Assembly: GCA_965223325.1 (NCBI GenBank)
Contig: CBDCWI010000002.1
Coordinates: 4,320,001-4,384,000, forward strand
Direction of reading: 5' to 3'
DNA: 64,000 nt
DNA from: Candidatus Multivoradales bacterium
Lineage (GTDB): Bacteria > Acidobacteriota > Thermoanaerobaculia > Multivoradales > Multivoraceae
Shown here in pieces: positions 1 to 9,311 of this stretch. The notes under the pieces were generated by a model that did not search any database, was not told the origin of the DNA, and worked only from the letters and a program-made list of their open reading frames with translations. Each line of letters starts with the position of its first letter. The first letter of the stretch is position 1. The position numbers were made by a program, and so were the translations under genes.

Positions 1-575
1 TTGCCAGTCTCGAAACCGTCGTCGAAGAGAGCATCGGCAGGCGACTGAGTGGGTGGCGCGTCCTGGGTGACGTCGTCGAAACGCACCACCAGCGGGCTGA
101 GGTCGCCGCCGGAGGTGGCGCAGTGCAGGCGGAGCTCGACGGCCTTCGTGTTCGCGGCAGTGGTGAAGCTCCGCCGGCTGGTTGCCCAGGTTGGGTTGTG
201 GCCAGAGCGGGTGAGCTCGGCGCCCAGGGTGAGCCCCAAACAGTCGGCGCGTGGGCTCTCAAACAGCGCCAGACGGCAAAAGTCCTGGTTGCCGCTCACG
301 ACCTTGAGGGCGGTGTTCCAGTGGGTGAGCGTGCCGCCGGTGACGGTGACGCATTGGCCGGCGATGAGCTGGGTCCGGTTGCCGGCCAGGCCGCCGGTCA
401 GCTCGAGGGCACCAGGCGCTGCTCCACCATCGGCACCGGTGTGGGCGATGGTGCCGCGGCCGACGAGGTGCCAGCCGGTGACATCGCTGTCGAACGAGCC
501 GTTGGTGATCTGGGCAACGAGCGGGGCGCCGGCGGTGGCGAGAAGTGCGAAGAGCAGGAATGCGTGACGTTTCAA
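1..575 (-). CDS. Secreted protein with carbohydrate-binding-like beta-sandwich and C-terminal DGFE tail (3' end runs off window)
   Basis: Hand translation from TTG at 575: MKRHAFLLFALLATAGAPLVAQITNGSFDSDVTGW...QCVTVTGG...ALFDDGFETG. It has a signal peptide and is absent from the ORF track because the stop lies outside the window. Confidence 0.8.
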   Translation of the reverse strand, partial: MKRHAFLLFALLATAGAPLVAQITNGSFDSDVTGWHLVGRGTIAHTGADGGAAPGALELTGGLAGNRTQLIAGQCVTVTGGTLTHWNTALKVVSGNQDFCRLALFESPRADCLGLTLGAELTRSGHNPTWATSRRSFTTAANTKAVELRLHCATSGGDLSPLVVRFDDVTQDAPPTQSPADALFDDGFETG

Positions 576-764
576 GGGTCGGTTCCGGTAGAAGGGTTTT
601 CCGAAGCGTGAAAAGTTTACTAGGTTTCTTGTTGGGGTCAACAAAGTCGTTTTTATAGTAAACAAGGGAAAGATTCAGTAGGATGCCGACCTTCGAGTTC
701 TCGGAGATCACCCCTTGGCACCCCTTTTTGGTCCCGCCACCCACCTGCCGTTCCCGAGGCCCTC

Positions 765-3700
765 ATGTCTAGATTGAAACTCCTACCGGCGTCCCTTGTC
801 CTTGCCCTACTCGCCCCCGCGGCGCTCTGGGCGCAGCCGACGTTCACCGCGGTTTTCTCGCCCGGAACCATCGGACCGGGGAGCACGTCGACCGTGATCT
901 TCACCATCGATAACGGGTCGGGTTCTCCAGTCACGGACCTCGGCTTCGCAGCCACCTTGCCGGCTGCAGTCACCATCGCCGATCCAGGCCGACCGCAATC
1001 GAGCTGCGACCTCCTGGTCGGCGAGCTGACCGCTCCAGACGGCGGAACGACGATCACCTTGAGCGGCGCGGGTGTCGGCGCGGCGGAGATCTGCACCGTG
1101 TCGGTCGATGTCACCGCGAGCACTCCCGGGAGTCACGAGATGGCGGCCGTCACCTTGAGTTCGAGTGCTGGTGACAGCCTGAGTTCGCCGGCGAGCCTGG
1201 CCGTCGTCACCACGCTTCCCGGTTTCAGCAAGAGCTTCGCACCGAGCACCGTGGCGCTGGGCGGGCGCAGCACCCTGGTCTTCACGATCGACAACAGTGC
1301 CAACGCCAACCGCATCGGCACTGTCTCATTCACCGACAACCTGCCAGTGGGAATGGTGGTTGCCGATCCGGCCAACGCTTCGACCGACTGTGTCTCAGCG
1401 TTGGACGATACGACCCTGACTGCGGTGGCCGGGAGCCAGCAGGTGGCGCTCCTTGCGGAGGGGATCAACATCATCGCAGGTTTCGAAGTGTTGCCGCCGG
1501 GTGCAAGTTGCACTGTGACGGTCGACGTGGTTTCGACCAGTTCCGGTTTTCTCGACAATGCCGCAGACGATTTGCAGGCCGACTTCACTTCCGCCGGTGG
1601 CGCGAACGACACGCTCGAGGTCACCCAGACCAGCCTGGCCATCACCATGTCGTTCGAGGATGATCCGGTGCCTCCGGGAAGTCCCGTAGATGTGCTCTTT
1701 ACCCTCATTAACATTGACAGTAGCTTCTCCGCAACTGGCGTCATGTTCAGCGCAGATCTGACCACGCTCTCGCCCCCGCTCTCTGGCCTGACCTTCGACG
1801 CCGCTCTCGAGAACGAATGCGGCGGTAGCGTTTCGGGCATTGGTGGCACCAGCATCGCCTTCTCCGGCGGCACGGTTGCCCCAAGGGCGAGTTGTTCGAT
1901 TCGAGGCAGGCTTGCGGTCCCCGCGGCCACAGTCCCCGGTGCCTACGCGGCCATGACCACCGCGATCACGGGCACGCGAGACGGGTCGCCCGTGGTTGGC
2001 AACTCGGCGTCAGACGTACTTTTCGTCGAGCCGGTACCGATCATCACCATGAACTTCCTCGAGGCGGGCACTCTCGCCCCCGATCCGACCATCAACGCTG
2101 GCGACGACTTCGTGGTGCGCTACACGATCACCAACACCAGCAGCACCTCCGCTGCGACGGACATCACGTTTCTCGACGAGCTCACCGACGGTGGCCCAAT
2201 GACGGGGTTCTTGCCTTACCCCATCGTTGCAACGTTGCCGCCCGTCCCCGACCCTCCGTGCGGCGGCTCGATGGCCTTTGCGTTCCCCGATATCGACCGA
2301 CAAGGTCTCCAGCTAACCGGCGGCAGCCTCACGGCGGCTCCGGGTGCTGGTGCGACCTGCACGTTTGACGTGACCTTGACGGCGCCGATTGATCTGGCGC
2401 CAGGGATCTACCGCAGTACCACCGGCGCGATCGAGGCAACCGTGGACGGTGCTTCCAGGGTCGGCAACGTTGCTACCGACACGATCACCGTCATCGGCGC
2501 GCCGGCTTTGACGAAGCGGTTCGTTGACGGCCCCGCGGCGCCCGGCGAGACCGTGACTCTCGAGTACACCCTTTCGCACCGCGCCGACGCCCCGGGAAAC
2601 GCCACCGGGATCACCTTCACGGACGATCTGTCGGCGACACTCTCGGATCTGACCGCGAACCTGCCACCTTCGCCTGATCCGCCATGCGGAGCCGGTTCGT
2701 CGCTGACCGGATCGGCAGGAGACACGCTGCTCACCCTCTCGGGCACCTCGCTCCAGCCTGGCGAGTCCTGCACCTTTTCGGTGACCCTCGACGTTCCCGC
2801 CGGCGCCGCCGCCGGCAGCTATCCGAGTACCACCAGTGCGGTCAGTGCGACGGTCGATGGACTGGCCGCTACTTCCAGGCCAGCGACCGCCGATCTGCAG
2901 GTCGTGGGTGTGGTGTTGACGAAGGAGTTTCTGGACGACCCGGTGCTTCCCGGTGAAAGCGTGACCCTCCGCTATGGGATTGAGAATGTGCATCCGTCGG
3001 TGGGCGCGGATATCGTCTCGTTTGCCGACGACTTGAATGCGGCTCTCTCCGGGCTTGCGGCGACCGGAGGAGCGCTCGTCGATACCTGCGGGGGTACCTT
3101 GAGTGGTACCAACTCTCTCACCTATACGGGGGGATCGGTGGCCTCAGGTTCATCGTGCTCGATCGATGTGCTCGTTCAGGTGCCGGCGGGTGCCGCCGAT
3201 GGCACCTACAACAGCACCACGAGCTTTCTCCAGGTCAACCAGGGTGGGGTTGTCGTAGTCAACCCGGCGACCGACCAGCTGGTCGTCAACTCGTCGCTTC
3301 TCCAAGTGACCAAACAGTTCACCGACGACCCCGTAGCCCCAGGTGACGTCGTGACCATGGAGTACACGATCTCCAATCTGGACCCCAGCCGACCGGCAAC
3401 GGATATCGCGTTTCAGGACCCACTAGGTGCGGCCCTCTCCGGTTTGCAAGTGACGCACGTGATTCTGCCCAACGGTTGCGCGGCGTTGGGTTTCGGTTTC
3501 GCCGGTCTGAATTCTCCCACCTTGAGCGTCTTCGACGGATCTCTCGCCGCGGGGGAGAGCTGCACGGTGCGCTTCGGGCTGCCGGTGCCTGCGGGAACCG
3601 CTGCGGGAACCTACGCCAGTACGACCACCGCGATCACTGGCACGATCGACGGCTTTCCAGTCTCCGGTGAAGCAGCCACCGACAACCTGGATGTCAGAGG

Positions 3701-5462
3701 TGAGCTTCTGTTCAGCAAAGCCTTCGATGGTCCCACCACGGCGACCGGCACCGCCGTCCTCACCTTCAACATCAGCAACCCAGGAACCGACACCGCGACC
3801 GGGCTCTCCTTCTCGGACGATCTCGACGCAGTCCTCGCCGGCCTTGTGGCCACCTCGCTGGATCTGGATGTACCCCCCTGCGGTGCCGGTTCCGAGCTCG
3901 GTGGCACATCGTTTCTTACCCTGACCGGCGGTGAGTTGCCGCCGATGGGTGGTACGTGCAGCTTCAGGGTGGAGGTGCAGGTTCCCGCCGGGACAGCGGC
4001 TGGCACCTACACCAACACGACCTCCGAACTGTTCCAGTCCGGCCTGACGGTCGCCGAGCCCGCGACTGCCGACCTGGTGATCGAACCGGCCCCCGTGTTC
4101 TCCAAGACCTTTACTCCCGACACGGTGGCGCAGTTCGAAGCCAGCACCTTGCGTTTTTCAATCGACAACACCGCCTCGGCGCTGGCCGCTACGGCACTGG
4201 ACGTGACCGACAACCTGCCGGCTGGCATGACCGTCGCGACTCCGCCCAACAGCGCAACGACTTGCACGGGCGGCACCTTGACGGCGGCCGACGGAAGTTC
4301 GGTTGTCGCCTACAGCGGAGGTTCGGTTGCCGCCGGGTCGACGTGCACGATCGAGGTCGACGTCGTCGCTTCGTCGGTCGGCGTTTTGGTGAACACCACA
4401 GGCGAGCTGACCTCGTCGTCGGGCAACAGCGGAAACGCGAGCGACACCCTCACGGTGATGGACGCCGAGCCACCCGTCGTGACGTCGATTTCGACTGGCG
4501 AGGGTCCGCTAGCGGCCTGCACCAACCTGCGAGAACCCGTGGCTTCGATCCAGGTCGTCATGGAAGACGGCGGTGGTGCGATCTTTGGTGCGGACGACCC
4601 GGCTAACTACAAACTCATCGCCACCGGGCCGAACGGAGAGTTCGACACCCAGGGGTGCGGTGCCACCCAGGGCGACGACGAAGAGATCACCGTTCTGGCA
4701 GTCGAGACGAGCGGGGTCTTTCCTTCGGTCGAAGTCGACGCCAGCGTCAGTGCTGAATGGTTGCCGGTTGGGCTCTATCGCTTCTTTGTTTGCGACTCGA
4801 TCACCGACGGAAGCGGCAATGCGCTCGACGGTGACTTCGATGGCCTTGCCGGCGGCGACGCCCTCGTTCCCGTGTTCCGCGCCGACCCTTGGAATCTCTT
4901 CGACAATGCGCACTTCGATGACTGCCCTGTGGCTCGCGCAGTGACCCTCGCACCGTGGGCTGCCATGGCCACGGCCCCCAACGCGGTCTTACCCGGGACC
5001 CCGGGAATCGATGATGCTTCTGGGTCACCGCTCTCGGCTTCCGCTCTCGTGGTGAACACGGCCGGTGGCGCGAGTGCTCTCAGCCAGTGCGTGGAAGTCG
5101 AAGGCGGTGCGTCGTACGAGTTGCGGGCCGCGCTGCGCTACACCTCGGCCTCCCTCGGAGCCCTGGAGCAGGTCTGCGATTTCTACGATGATGCTGCCTG
5201 TGCTGGCGCGTTGCTTGGCACCTCGTCGCTCACTTCGTTGCTCGAGGACGGAGCCGGGAGCTTCGCGGCGGTTTCGACCGGCATCACAGTGCCCGCGGGC
5301 GCGTCCTCGGGGCTTTGTGCATTCGCCATTGAGAGTCTCGATGGTGGCGACGCCAGCCTCGAGCTCGCCCTCGACCGCGTCTTCATGGGTGCCGAGTTCA
5401 CGATCTTCACTGACGGCTTCGAGACTGGCGACACGACAAAGTGGTCGGCGGTCCTGCCGTGA
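765..5462 (+). CDS. Large secreted repeat protein (tandem DUF11-like Ig-fold domains; adhesin-like) with DGFE tail
   Basis: 1565 aa. Signal peptide, about 9 repeats of 'K.F.P..V..G....L.FTI.N...FTD.L...C..G...G..L.PG.SCT..V.V', C-terminus IFTDGFETGDTTKWSAVLP. Confidence 0.9.
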   Translation: MSRLKLLPASLVLALLAPAALWAQPTFTAVFSPGTIGPGSTSTVIFTIDNGSGSPVTDLGFAATLPAAVTIADPGRPQSSCDLLVGELTAPDGGTTITLSGAGVGAAEICTVSVDVTASTPGSHEMAAVTLSSSAGDSLSSPASLAVVTTLPGFSKSFAPSTVALGGRSTLVFTIDNSANANRIGTVSFTDNLPVGMVVADPANASTDCVSALDDTTLTAVAGSQQVALLAEGINIIAGFEVLPPGASCTVTVDVVSTSSGFLDNAADDLQADFTSAGGANDTLEVTQTSLAITMSFEDDPVPPGSPVDVLFTLINIDSSFSATGVMFSADLTTLSPPLSGLTFDAALENECGGSVSGIGGTSIAFSGGTVAPRASCSIRGRLAVPAATVPGAYAAMTTAITGTRDGSPVVGNSASDVLFVEPVPIITMNFLEAGTLAPDPTINAGDDFVVRYTITNTSSTSAATDITFLDELTDGGPMTGFLPYPIVATLPPVPDPPCGGSMAFAFPDIDRQGLQLTGGSLTAAPGAGATCTFDVTLTAPIDLAPGIYRSTTGAIEATVDGASRVGNVATDTITVIGAPALTKRFVDGPAAPGETVTLEYTLSHRADAPGNATGITFTDDLSATLSDLTANLPPSPDPPCGAGSSLTGSAGDTLLTLSGTSLQPGESCTFSVTLDVPAGAAAGSYPSTTSAVSATVDGLAATSRPATADLQVVGVVLTKEFLDDPVLPGESVTLRYGIENVHPSVGADIVSFADDLNAALSGLAATGGALVDTCGGTLSGTNSLTYTGGSVASGSSCSIDVLVQVPAGAADGTYNSTTSFLQVNQGGVVVVNPATDQLVVNSSLLQVTKQFTDDPVAPGDVVTMEYTISNLDPSRPATDIAFQDPLGAALSGLQVTHVILPNGCAALGFGFAGLNSPTLSVFDGSLAAGESCTVRFGLPVPAGTAAGTYASTTTAITGTIDGFPVSGEAATDNLDVRGELLFSKAFDGPTTATGTAVLTFNISNPGTDTATGLSFSDDLDAVLAGLVATSLDLDVPPCGAGSELGGTSFLTLTGGELPPMGGTCSFRVEVQVPAGTAAGTYTNTTSELFQSGLTVAEPATADLVIEPAPVFSKTFTPDTVAQFEASTLRFSIDNTASALAATALDVTDNLPAGMTVATPPNSATTCTGGTLTAADGSSVVAYSGGSVAAGSTCTIEVDVVASSVGVLVNTTGELTSSSGNSGNASDTLTVMDAEPPVVTSISTGEGPLAACTNLREPVASIQVVMEDGGGAIFGADDPANYKLIATGPNGEFDTQGCGATQGDDEEITVLAVETSGVFPSVEVDASVSAEWLPVGLYRFFVCDSITDGSGNALDGDFDGLAGGDALVPVFRADPWNLFDNAHFDDCPVARAVTLAPWAAMATAPNAVLPGTPGIDDASGSPLSASALVVNTAGGASALSQCVEVEGGASYELRAALRYTSASLGALEQVCDFYDDAACAGALLGTSSLTSLLEDGAGSFAAVSTGITVPAGASSGLCAFAIESLDGGDASLELALDRVFMGAEFTIFTDGFETGDTTKWSAVLP

Positions 5463-5526
5463 GGCGTACGCCAGAGGCCAGGTCTTCCAACGATTGGCGG
5501 TCAGATTGCCGTATAGAGTTCAAGCA

Positions 5527-6363
5527 ATGAGCATCAAGAAACCGTTCGCTTCGTCGGTCCACCACGCGCTGGTTGTGACATTCCTTCTGGTTGCCGCCGT
5601 TGCTGTCCTGTTGGCGACGCCTGCAACGGCGGAGGGGGATCCGAGCGTCGAACTCGCTCCTCGGGCGGTAGCGGGCGTCGCCCGTATCGCCGTTCCGCCG
5701 CTACCCCCGACGTCGACCCTTCCTACACAGCTCGTCCTGGACGACAACACGGCCGAAAGCTCCTTCGGCTTTGCCGGTGGAACCGCGCGTCAGTTCATGT
5801 GGTTCAACCGCTTTGATTCGCCAGGTTCGTTCGCTCTCAGCGAGATCTGGGTCCTGTTTCCCCCAGGCGCCGACGTGCCGCTCGGCGGTGCGGTTCAAAT
5901 CGCAGTCTTTGATGATCCCGACGGTGACCCCACCAACGGCGCAACGCTGCTTGCGACCTACGACGAGACGATCCAGGCGAACGATGGGCTGACGTTCTCC
6001 GTCTACCCGCTCGCGACTCCCCTGGCGCTCGATGCCACCGGTGCGGTCTTGATTGGCGTCGTCAATCGATACTTCGATACCGGTGTGACGCCGCCCCCGA
6101 CTCTGCCGGCGGCACTCGACACCACCGCCAGTGAGGGCAGTTCCTACGTCGCCCTGTGGCCGGCCGACGCTTCTGATCCGCCCGACCTGGCGTCAGCTTC
6201 GACGATTCAGTTGGTCGGCGGTGCCTCGGCCGGCAACTTCATGATCCGTGGCTTCGGAGGGGTGGCCCAGGTCGCTCCGGTGCCGACGCTCGGGTCGTTC
6301 GGGCTTCTCGTCCTCGGTTTGCTGACCGCTCTCGTGGGCAGCCGGCGTCTGCGTCCTCGCTGA
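5527..6363 (+). CDS. IPTL-CTERM sorting-domain surface protein
   Basis: ATG 5527 in frame with ORF 5065..6363. Signal peptide; C-terminal VPTLGSFGLLVLGLLTALVGSRRLRPR (IPTL motif + TM + basic tail). Confidence 0.85.
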   Translation: MSIKKPFASSVHHALVVTFLLVAAVAVLLATPATAEGDPSVELAPRAVAGVARIAVPPLPPTSTLPTQLVLDDNTAESSFGFAGGTARQFMWFNRFDSPGSFALSEIWVLFPPGADVPLGGAVQIAVFDDPDGDPTNGATLLATYDETIQANDGLTFSVYPLATPLALDATGAVLIGVVNRYFDTGVTPPPTLPAALDTTASEGSSYVALWPADASDPPDLASASTIQLVGGASAGNFMIRGFGGVAQVAPVPTLGSFGLLVLGLLTALVGSRRLRPR

Positions 6364-6396
6364 TCGCGCTCTCCTCGTCTCTGCCACAAAGAAAGA

Positions 6397-6417
6397 GGGC
6401 GGCCCCGTAGGCCGCCC
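6397..6417. terminator. GC hairpin, possible terminator
   Basis: GGGCGGCC-ccgta-GGCCGCCC just after the IPTL-CTERM gene. The A-rich run lies upstream, so a U-tract exists only on the minus strand. Confidence 0.4.
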
Positions 6418-6462
6418 GTGGAGGGATGAGGAGAAGAACTCCCCGCAGGCCACCATGGTACA

Positions 6463-6490
6463 AGATATATAGATAAAACGCAATATATCT
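6463..6490. promoter_or_regulatory. AT-rich inverted repeat, candidate operator upstream of ECF sigma gene
   Basis: AGATATAT-N12-ATATATCT perfect 8-bp inverted repeat in an AT-rich island. Confidence 0.45.
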
Positions 6491-6519
6491 AATTAAAGAC
6501 CCTCCAGGACAAGCTGCGA

Positions 6520-7188
6520 ATGGAGGCCGGCGGCGAAGGAGGGGGGGCCCATTTCGACCTCCGGGCGAACGTTCTGGTCCATCTCTACGTACTGGGGCCA
6601 GGGGAGGGACCAACCGCCATAGAGGACAACGAGCTGGTCCGCCGCATCCTGGCGGGCGACGAAGATGCTTTTACCGAACTGGTTCGGCGTTTTGAGCGCC
6701 CGGTCCTGAGGCTTGTCTTGCGTATCGTGCGCGATCGCAGCAAGGCCGAGGATGTCGCCCAGGAGGCCTTCCTGAAGGCGCATCGGGCCCTGGGCAGCTA
6801 TCAGCACGACCGTCGATTCTCGAGCTGGCTGTTCAAGATCGCTCACAACACCGCCATCGACCACCTGCGCAAACGCCAGCTCGATACGGTCTCGCTCTCG
6901 CCGAGCTCACCAGATGAGCCTGATCTGGCGGCTGTTCTTGCCGATCCAAACGCCATCTCTCCGGTCGACCGAGCCGAGGCCAGTGGTGCCGCGGCGGCCC
7001 TCGGCCGGGTGATCGGGGCGATGCGCGAGGAGTGGCGCGAGGTGGTTCTGTTGCGTTTTGGAGAGGGTCTCTCCTACCAGGAGATCGCCGACATTCTCGA
7101 GCTGCCGATTGGCACGGTCAAGACCTACATCCACCGCGCGCGGCGCGAGATTGTCCAGGGGCTGGCCGCCGAGGGCTACGAGCGCTGA
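6520..7188 (+). CDS. ECF RNA polymerase sigma-70 factor (SigW/RpoE-like)
   Basis: Region 2 AEDVAQEAFLKA..FSSWLFKIAHNTAIDHLRK; region 4 LSYQEIADILELPIGTVKTYIHRAR. Start uncertain. Confidence 0.93.
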   Translation: MEAGGEGGGAHFDLRANVLVHLYVLGPGEGPTAIEDNELVRRILAGDEDAFTELVRRFERPVLRLVLRIVRDRSKAEDVAQEAFLKAHRALGSYQHDRRFSSWLFKIAHNTAIDHLRKRQLDTVSLSPSSPDEPDLAAVLADPNAISPVDRAEASGAAAALGRVIGAMREEWREVVLLRFGEGLSYQEIADILELPIGTVKTYIHRARREIVQGLAAEGYER

Positions 7189-7204
7189 TACCGTTCATCG
7201 CTCA

Positions 7205-8596
7205 ATGGACGAACTTGCCTACCGCGACGACGAGCGTCACCCGCTGCTCGAGCGCTACCTCGAGACCTGGGGGCAAACGCCGCCGCTCGGCGAGCACCCC
7301 CCGGTAGAGGTGCGGCCGTCGTTCGACATTTCGGCCTCCGATGAGATGTACCGCTACGCCCTCGAGGAGCGGCACCAGCACCGTGGGATTGCAGTGCTCG
7401 AATACGCCCGCAGTGGCTTTGGCCCCGCGCAGGTGGCGCTCGAGGTACTCGCCTGGGCTCGCGGCGACCAGCCCACGAAGGGCGCTGCGGCTACGCCGCG
7501 AATCCTCGACTTCGCTGCCGGCCACGGCCGGGTGACGCGTTACCTCGCGGCGGCGATCGGCCGCCAGCGGGTGACCGTGGCCGAGGTGGTGCCGTCGGCA
7601 GTGAAGTTCCAGCGTGAGGTTCTGGGGGTCGAAGCGGTGCAGTCGAGTCATACCCCGGAGGGTCTCGAAGCCCAGTTCAATGGCCTTGCGTCGGGCAATC
7701 TCTTTGACGGGGTGTTTGCATTCTCGCTTTTTAGTCACCTGCCCGAGCACCGTTTCATCCCATGGTTGCGCGCTCTCTGGGAGCGGGTCGATGCGGGCGG
7801 GGTTCTGGCGGTGACCACCCATGGTGAATCGGCGCGTCTCGGGCGGCCGCCGATCGCCGAGAGTGGCTTCGAGTTCGAGCGCTACAGCGAGAGCGCGGTG
7901 CTTTCAGCCGAGGAGTACGGCTCGACCTGGGTGGCACCCCACTGGATGGAACGTGCGGTGCGCCGAGCCTGCTCGGGATGCCAACCGATTCTGATCGAGC
8001 GTGGCGTTTGGAACCTGCAGGACTTGTGGATCATGGTGCGCGACGAAGCCCAGGGCGCCTCGCCTCGCCTTCGGGGCAAGCCGCGGGTGACCCTGTTGCC
8101 GTTCGGCAGTCTCGAGCGGGTGCAGCCGAAAGGACCGGCACGGCTGCGGCTCGACGGGTGGGTCCACCAGCCGGGAGCCTCTCCGTTGACCATCGAAGCG
8201 CGGGTCGAACGTAGCGGCGAGGTCATTGCCGAAGCCGCGGGTCAGGCGGACCTTGTGCGCGAAGACGTGGCTCTCGCCCAGAGTGAGAGCTTTGCGCGCT
8301 GCGGCTTCCAGCTCATGCTGGATCGTTCCGACCCGTTTCGCTTCGACGATCTCTTGATCGTCGAAGCCGTCGATCGCGGGTCAACCGAGCGTCCGGCCTC
8401 GCGCCATGTTCTGCAGTTGTCCTTCGTCGAGGGGGCTGACCTCGTCGGGCGAGTTGCTGGAGTTCGCCGTGACGCTGCGGTGGAGGCTCGATTGCTGCGT
8501 CATCAGATCGCCATCATGGAGCGCAGTCGCTTCTGGCGCCTGCGCAACCGGTGGTTCGCTTGGAAGCGTGCTCTGGGGCTTACCGAGCAGGACTGA
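7205..8596 (+). CDS. Class I SAM-dependent methyltransferase with C-terminal extension
   Basis: Motif I ILDFAAGHGRV, FDGVFAFSLFSHL; C-terminal IMERSRFWRLR. ATG 7205 in frame with ORF 7058..8596. Confidence 0.85.
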   Translation: MDELAYRDDERHPLLERYLETWGQTPPLGEHPPVEVRPSFDISASDEMYRYALEERHQHRGIAVLEYARSGFGPAQVALEVLAWARGDQPTKGAAATPRILDFAAGHGRVTRYLAAAIGRQRVTVAEVVPSAVKFQREVLGVEAVQSSHTPEGLEAQFNGLASGNLFDGVFAFSLFSHLPEHRFIPWLRALWERVDAGGVLAVTTHGESARLGRPPIAESGFEFERYSESAVLSAEEYGSTWVAPHWMERAVRRACSGCQPILIERGVWNLQDLWIMVRDEAQGASPRLRGKPRVTLLPFGSLERVQPKGPARLRLDGWVHQPGASPLTIEARVERSGEVIAEAAGQADLVREDVALAQSESFARCGFQLMLDRSDPFRFDDLLIVEAVDRGSTERPASRHVLQLSFVEGADLVGRVAGVRRDAAVEARLLRHQIAIMERSRFWRLRNRWFAWKRALGLTEQD

Positions 8597-8673
8597 GAGA
8601 AAGTCCACTCTGGCTGGGCAAGAATGCTGTAGATCCTGCGGAAAAGGCCGCCAAAGAAGAATCTGTTCGTCCC

Positions 8674-8700
8674 TGAAACCTCTCAGGCCGGGTGGTCGTA
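8674..8700 (+). promoter_or_regulatory. SigW-type ECF promoter
   Basis: TGAAAC-N17-CGTA ending 13 nt before ATG 8714; resembles the B. subtilis sigma-W consensus TGAAAC-N16-CGTA. Confidence 0.6.
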
Positions 8701-8713
8701 GGATCGACCTGAG

Positions 8714-9307
8714 ATGAGTCACTTCGAGAAACAACCAGGCCTCCGCCACCAGGTGCCGACAACGGGCGATGGTGCGACGGTCAGCGCCCGTCTGGAGCGG
8801 CGCCTCGAGCGCTGGTTGCGAGCCGAGGGCTCGAGCGAGTCTCCGCGTCGTGACACCGAACACGCCCTGCGTCGGGTTTTCCAGAGCCTGCCCCAGGTCG
8901 TGCCACCGGCTGCCTTCGCTGAGCGCGTGGTTGTGGCCGCCCGCGCCAGCCAACCAAGCGCCGGAGTCTCGGTAGCAGGCACCCTTCGCGCGGCTGTTTT
9001 GCGCCACTGGCTTCCGGCGGCCGCTCTTCTAGCCTCGCTGTGGTTCGGAGCACTCATCGTTGGGAGTCGCCTCATGCCCGAGCCCGAGGTCGTAGACGGC
9101 ACGATGTTCGCGGCCAGCCGGGTGGGTTTTTCTTTCCTCGAGGTCGTAACGGGTCTGTTGCAAGGATTCGAGCGAGCGGCCGAGGTGGGCCTGGCGGCCT
9201 TGTCAATGGCGCTTTCTGGTGAGGCGTTGCTGGTGGCGGCGCTTCTTACGGTCACGGCCTTCTCGGCTCTCTATGTTCTGGTGCGGTCGAGCGAGCTGGC
9301 GTCGTAG
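8714..9307 (+). CDS. Putative membrane-bound anti-sigma factor
   Basis: N-terminal '..LPQVVPPAAFAERVV' motif typical of anti-sigma linkers, then 2-3 TM segments; lies downstream of an ECF sigma. Confidence 0.6.
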   Translation: MSHFEKQPGLRHQVPTTGDGATVSARLERRLERWLRAEGSSESPRRDTEHALRRVFQSLPQVVPPAAFAERVVVAARASQPSAGVSVAGTLRAAVLRHWLPAAALLASLWFGALIVGSRLMPEPEVVDGTMFAASRVGFSFLEVVTGLLQGFERAAEVGLAALSMALSGEALLVAALLTVTAFSALYVLVRSSELAS

Positions 9308-9311
9308 GACC

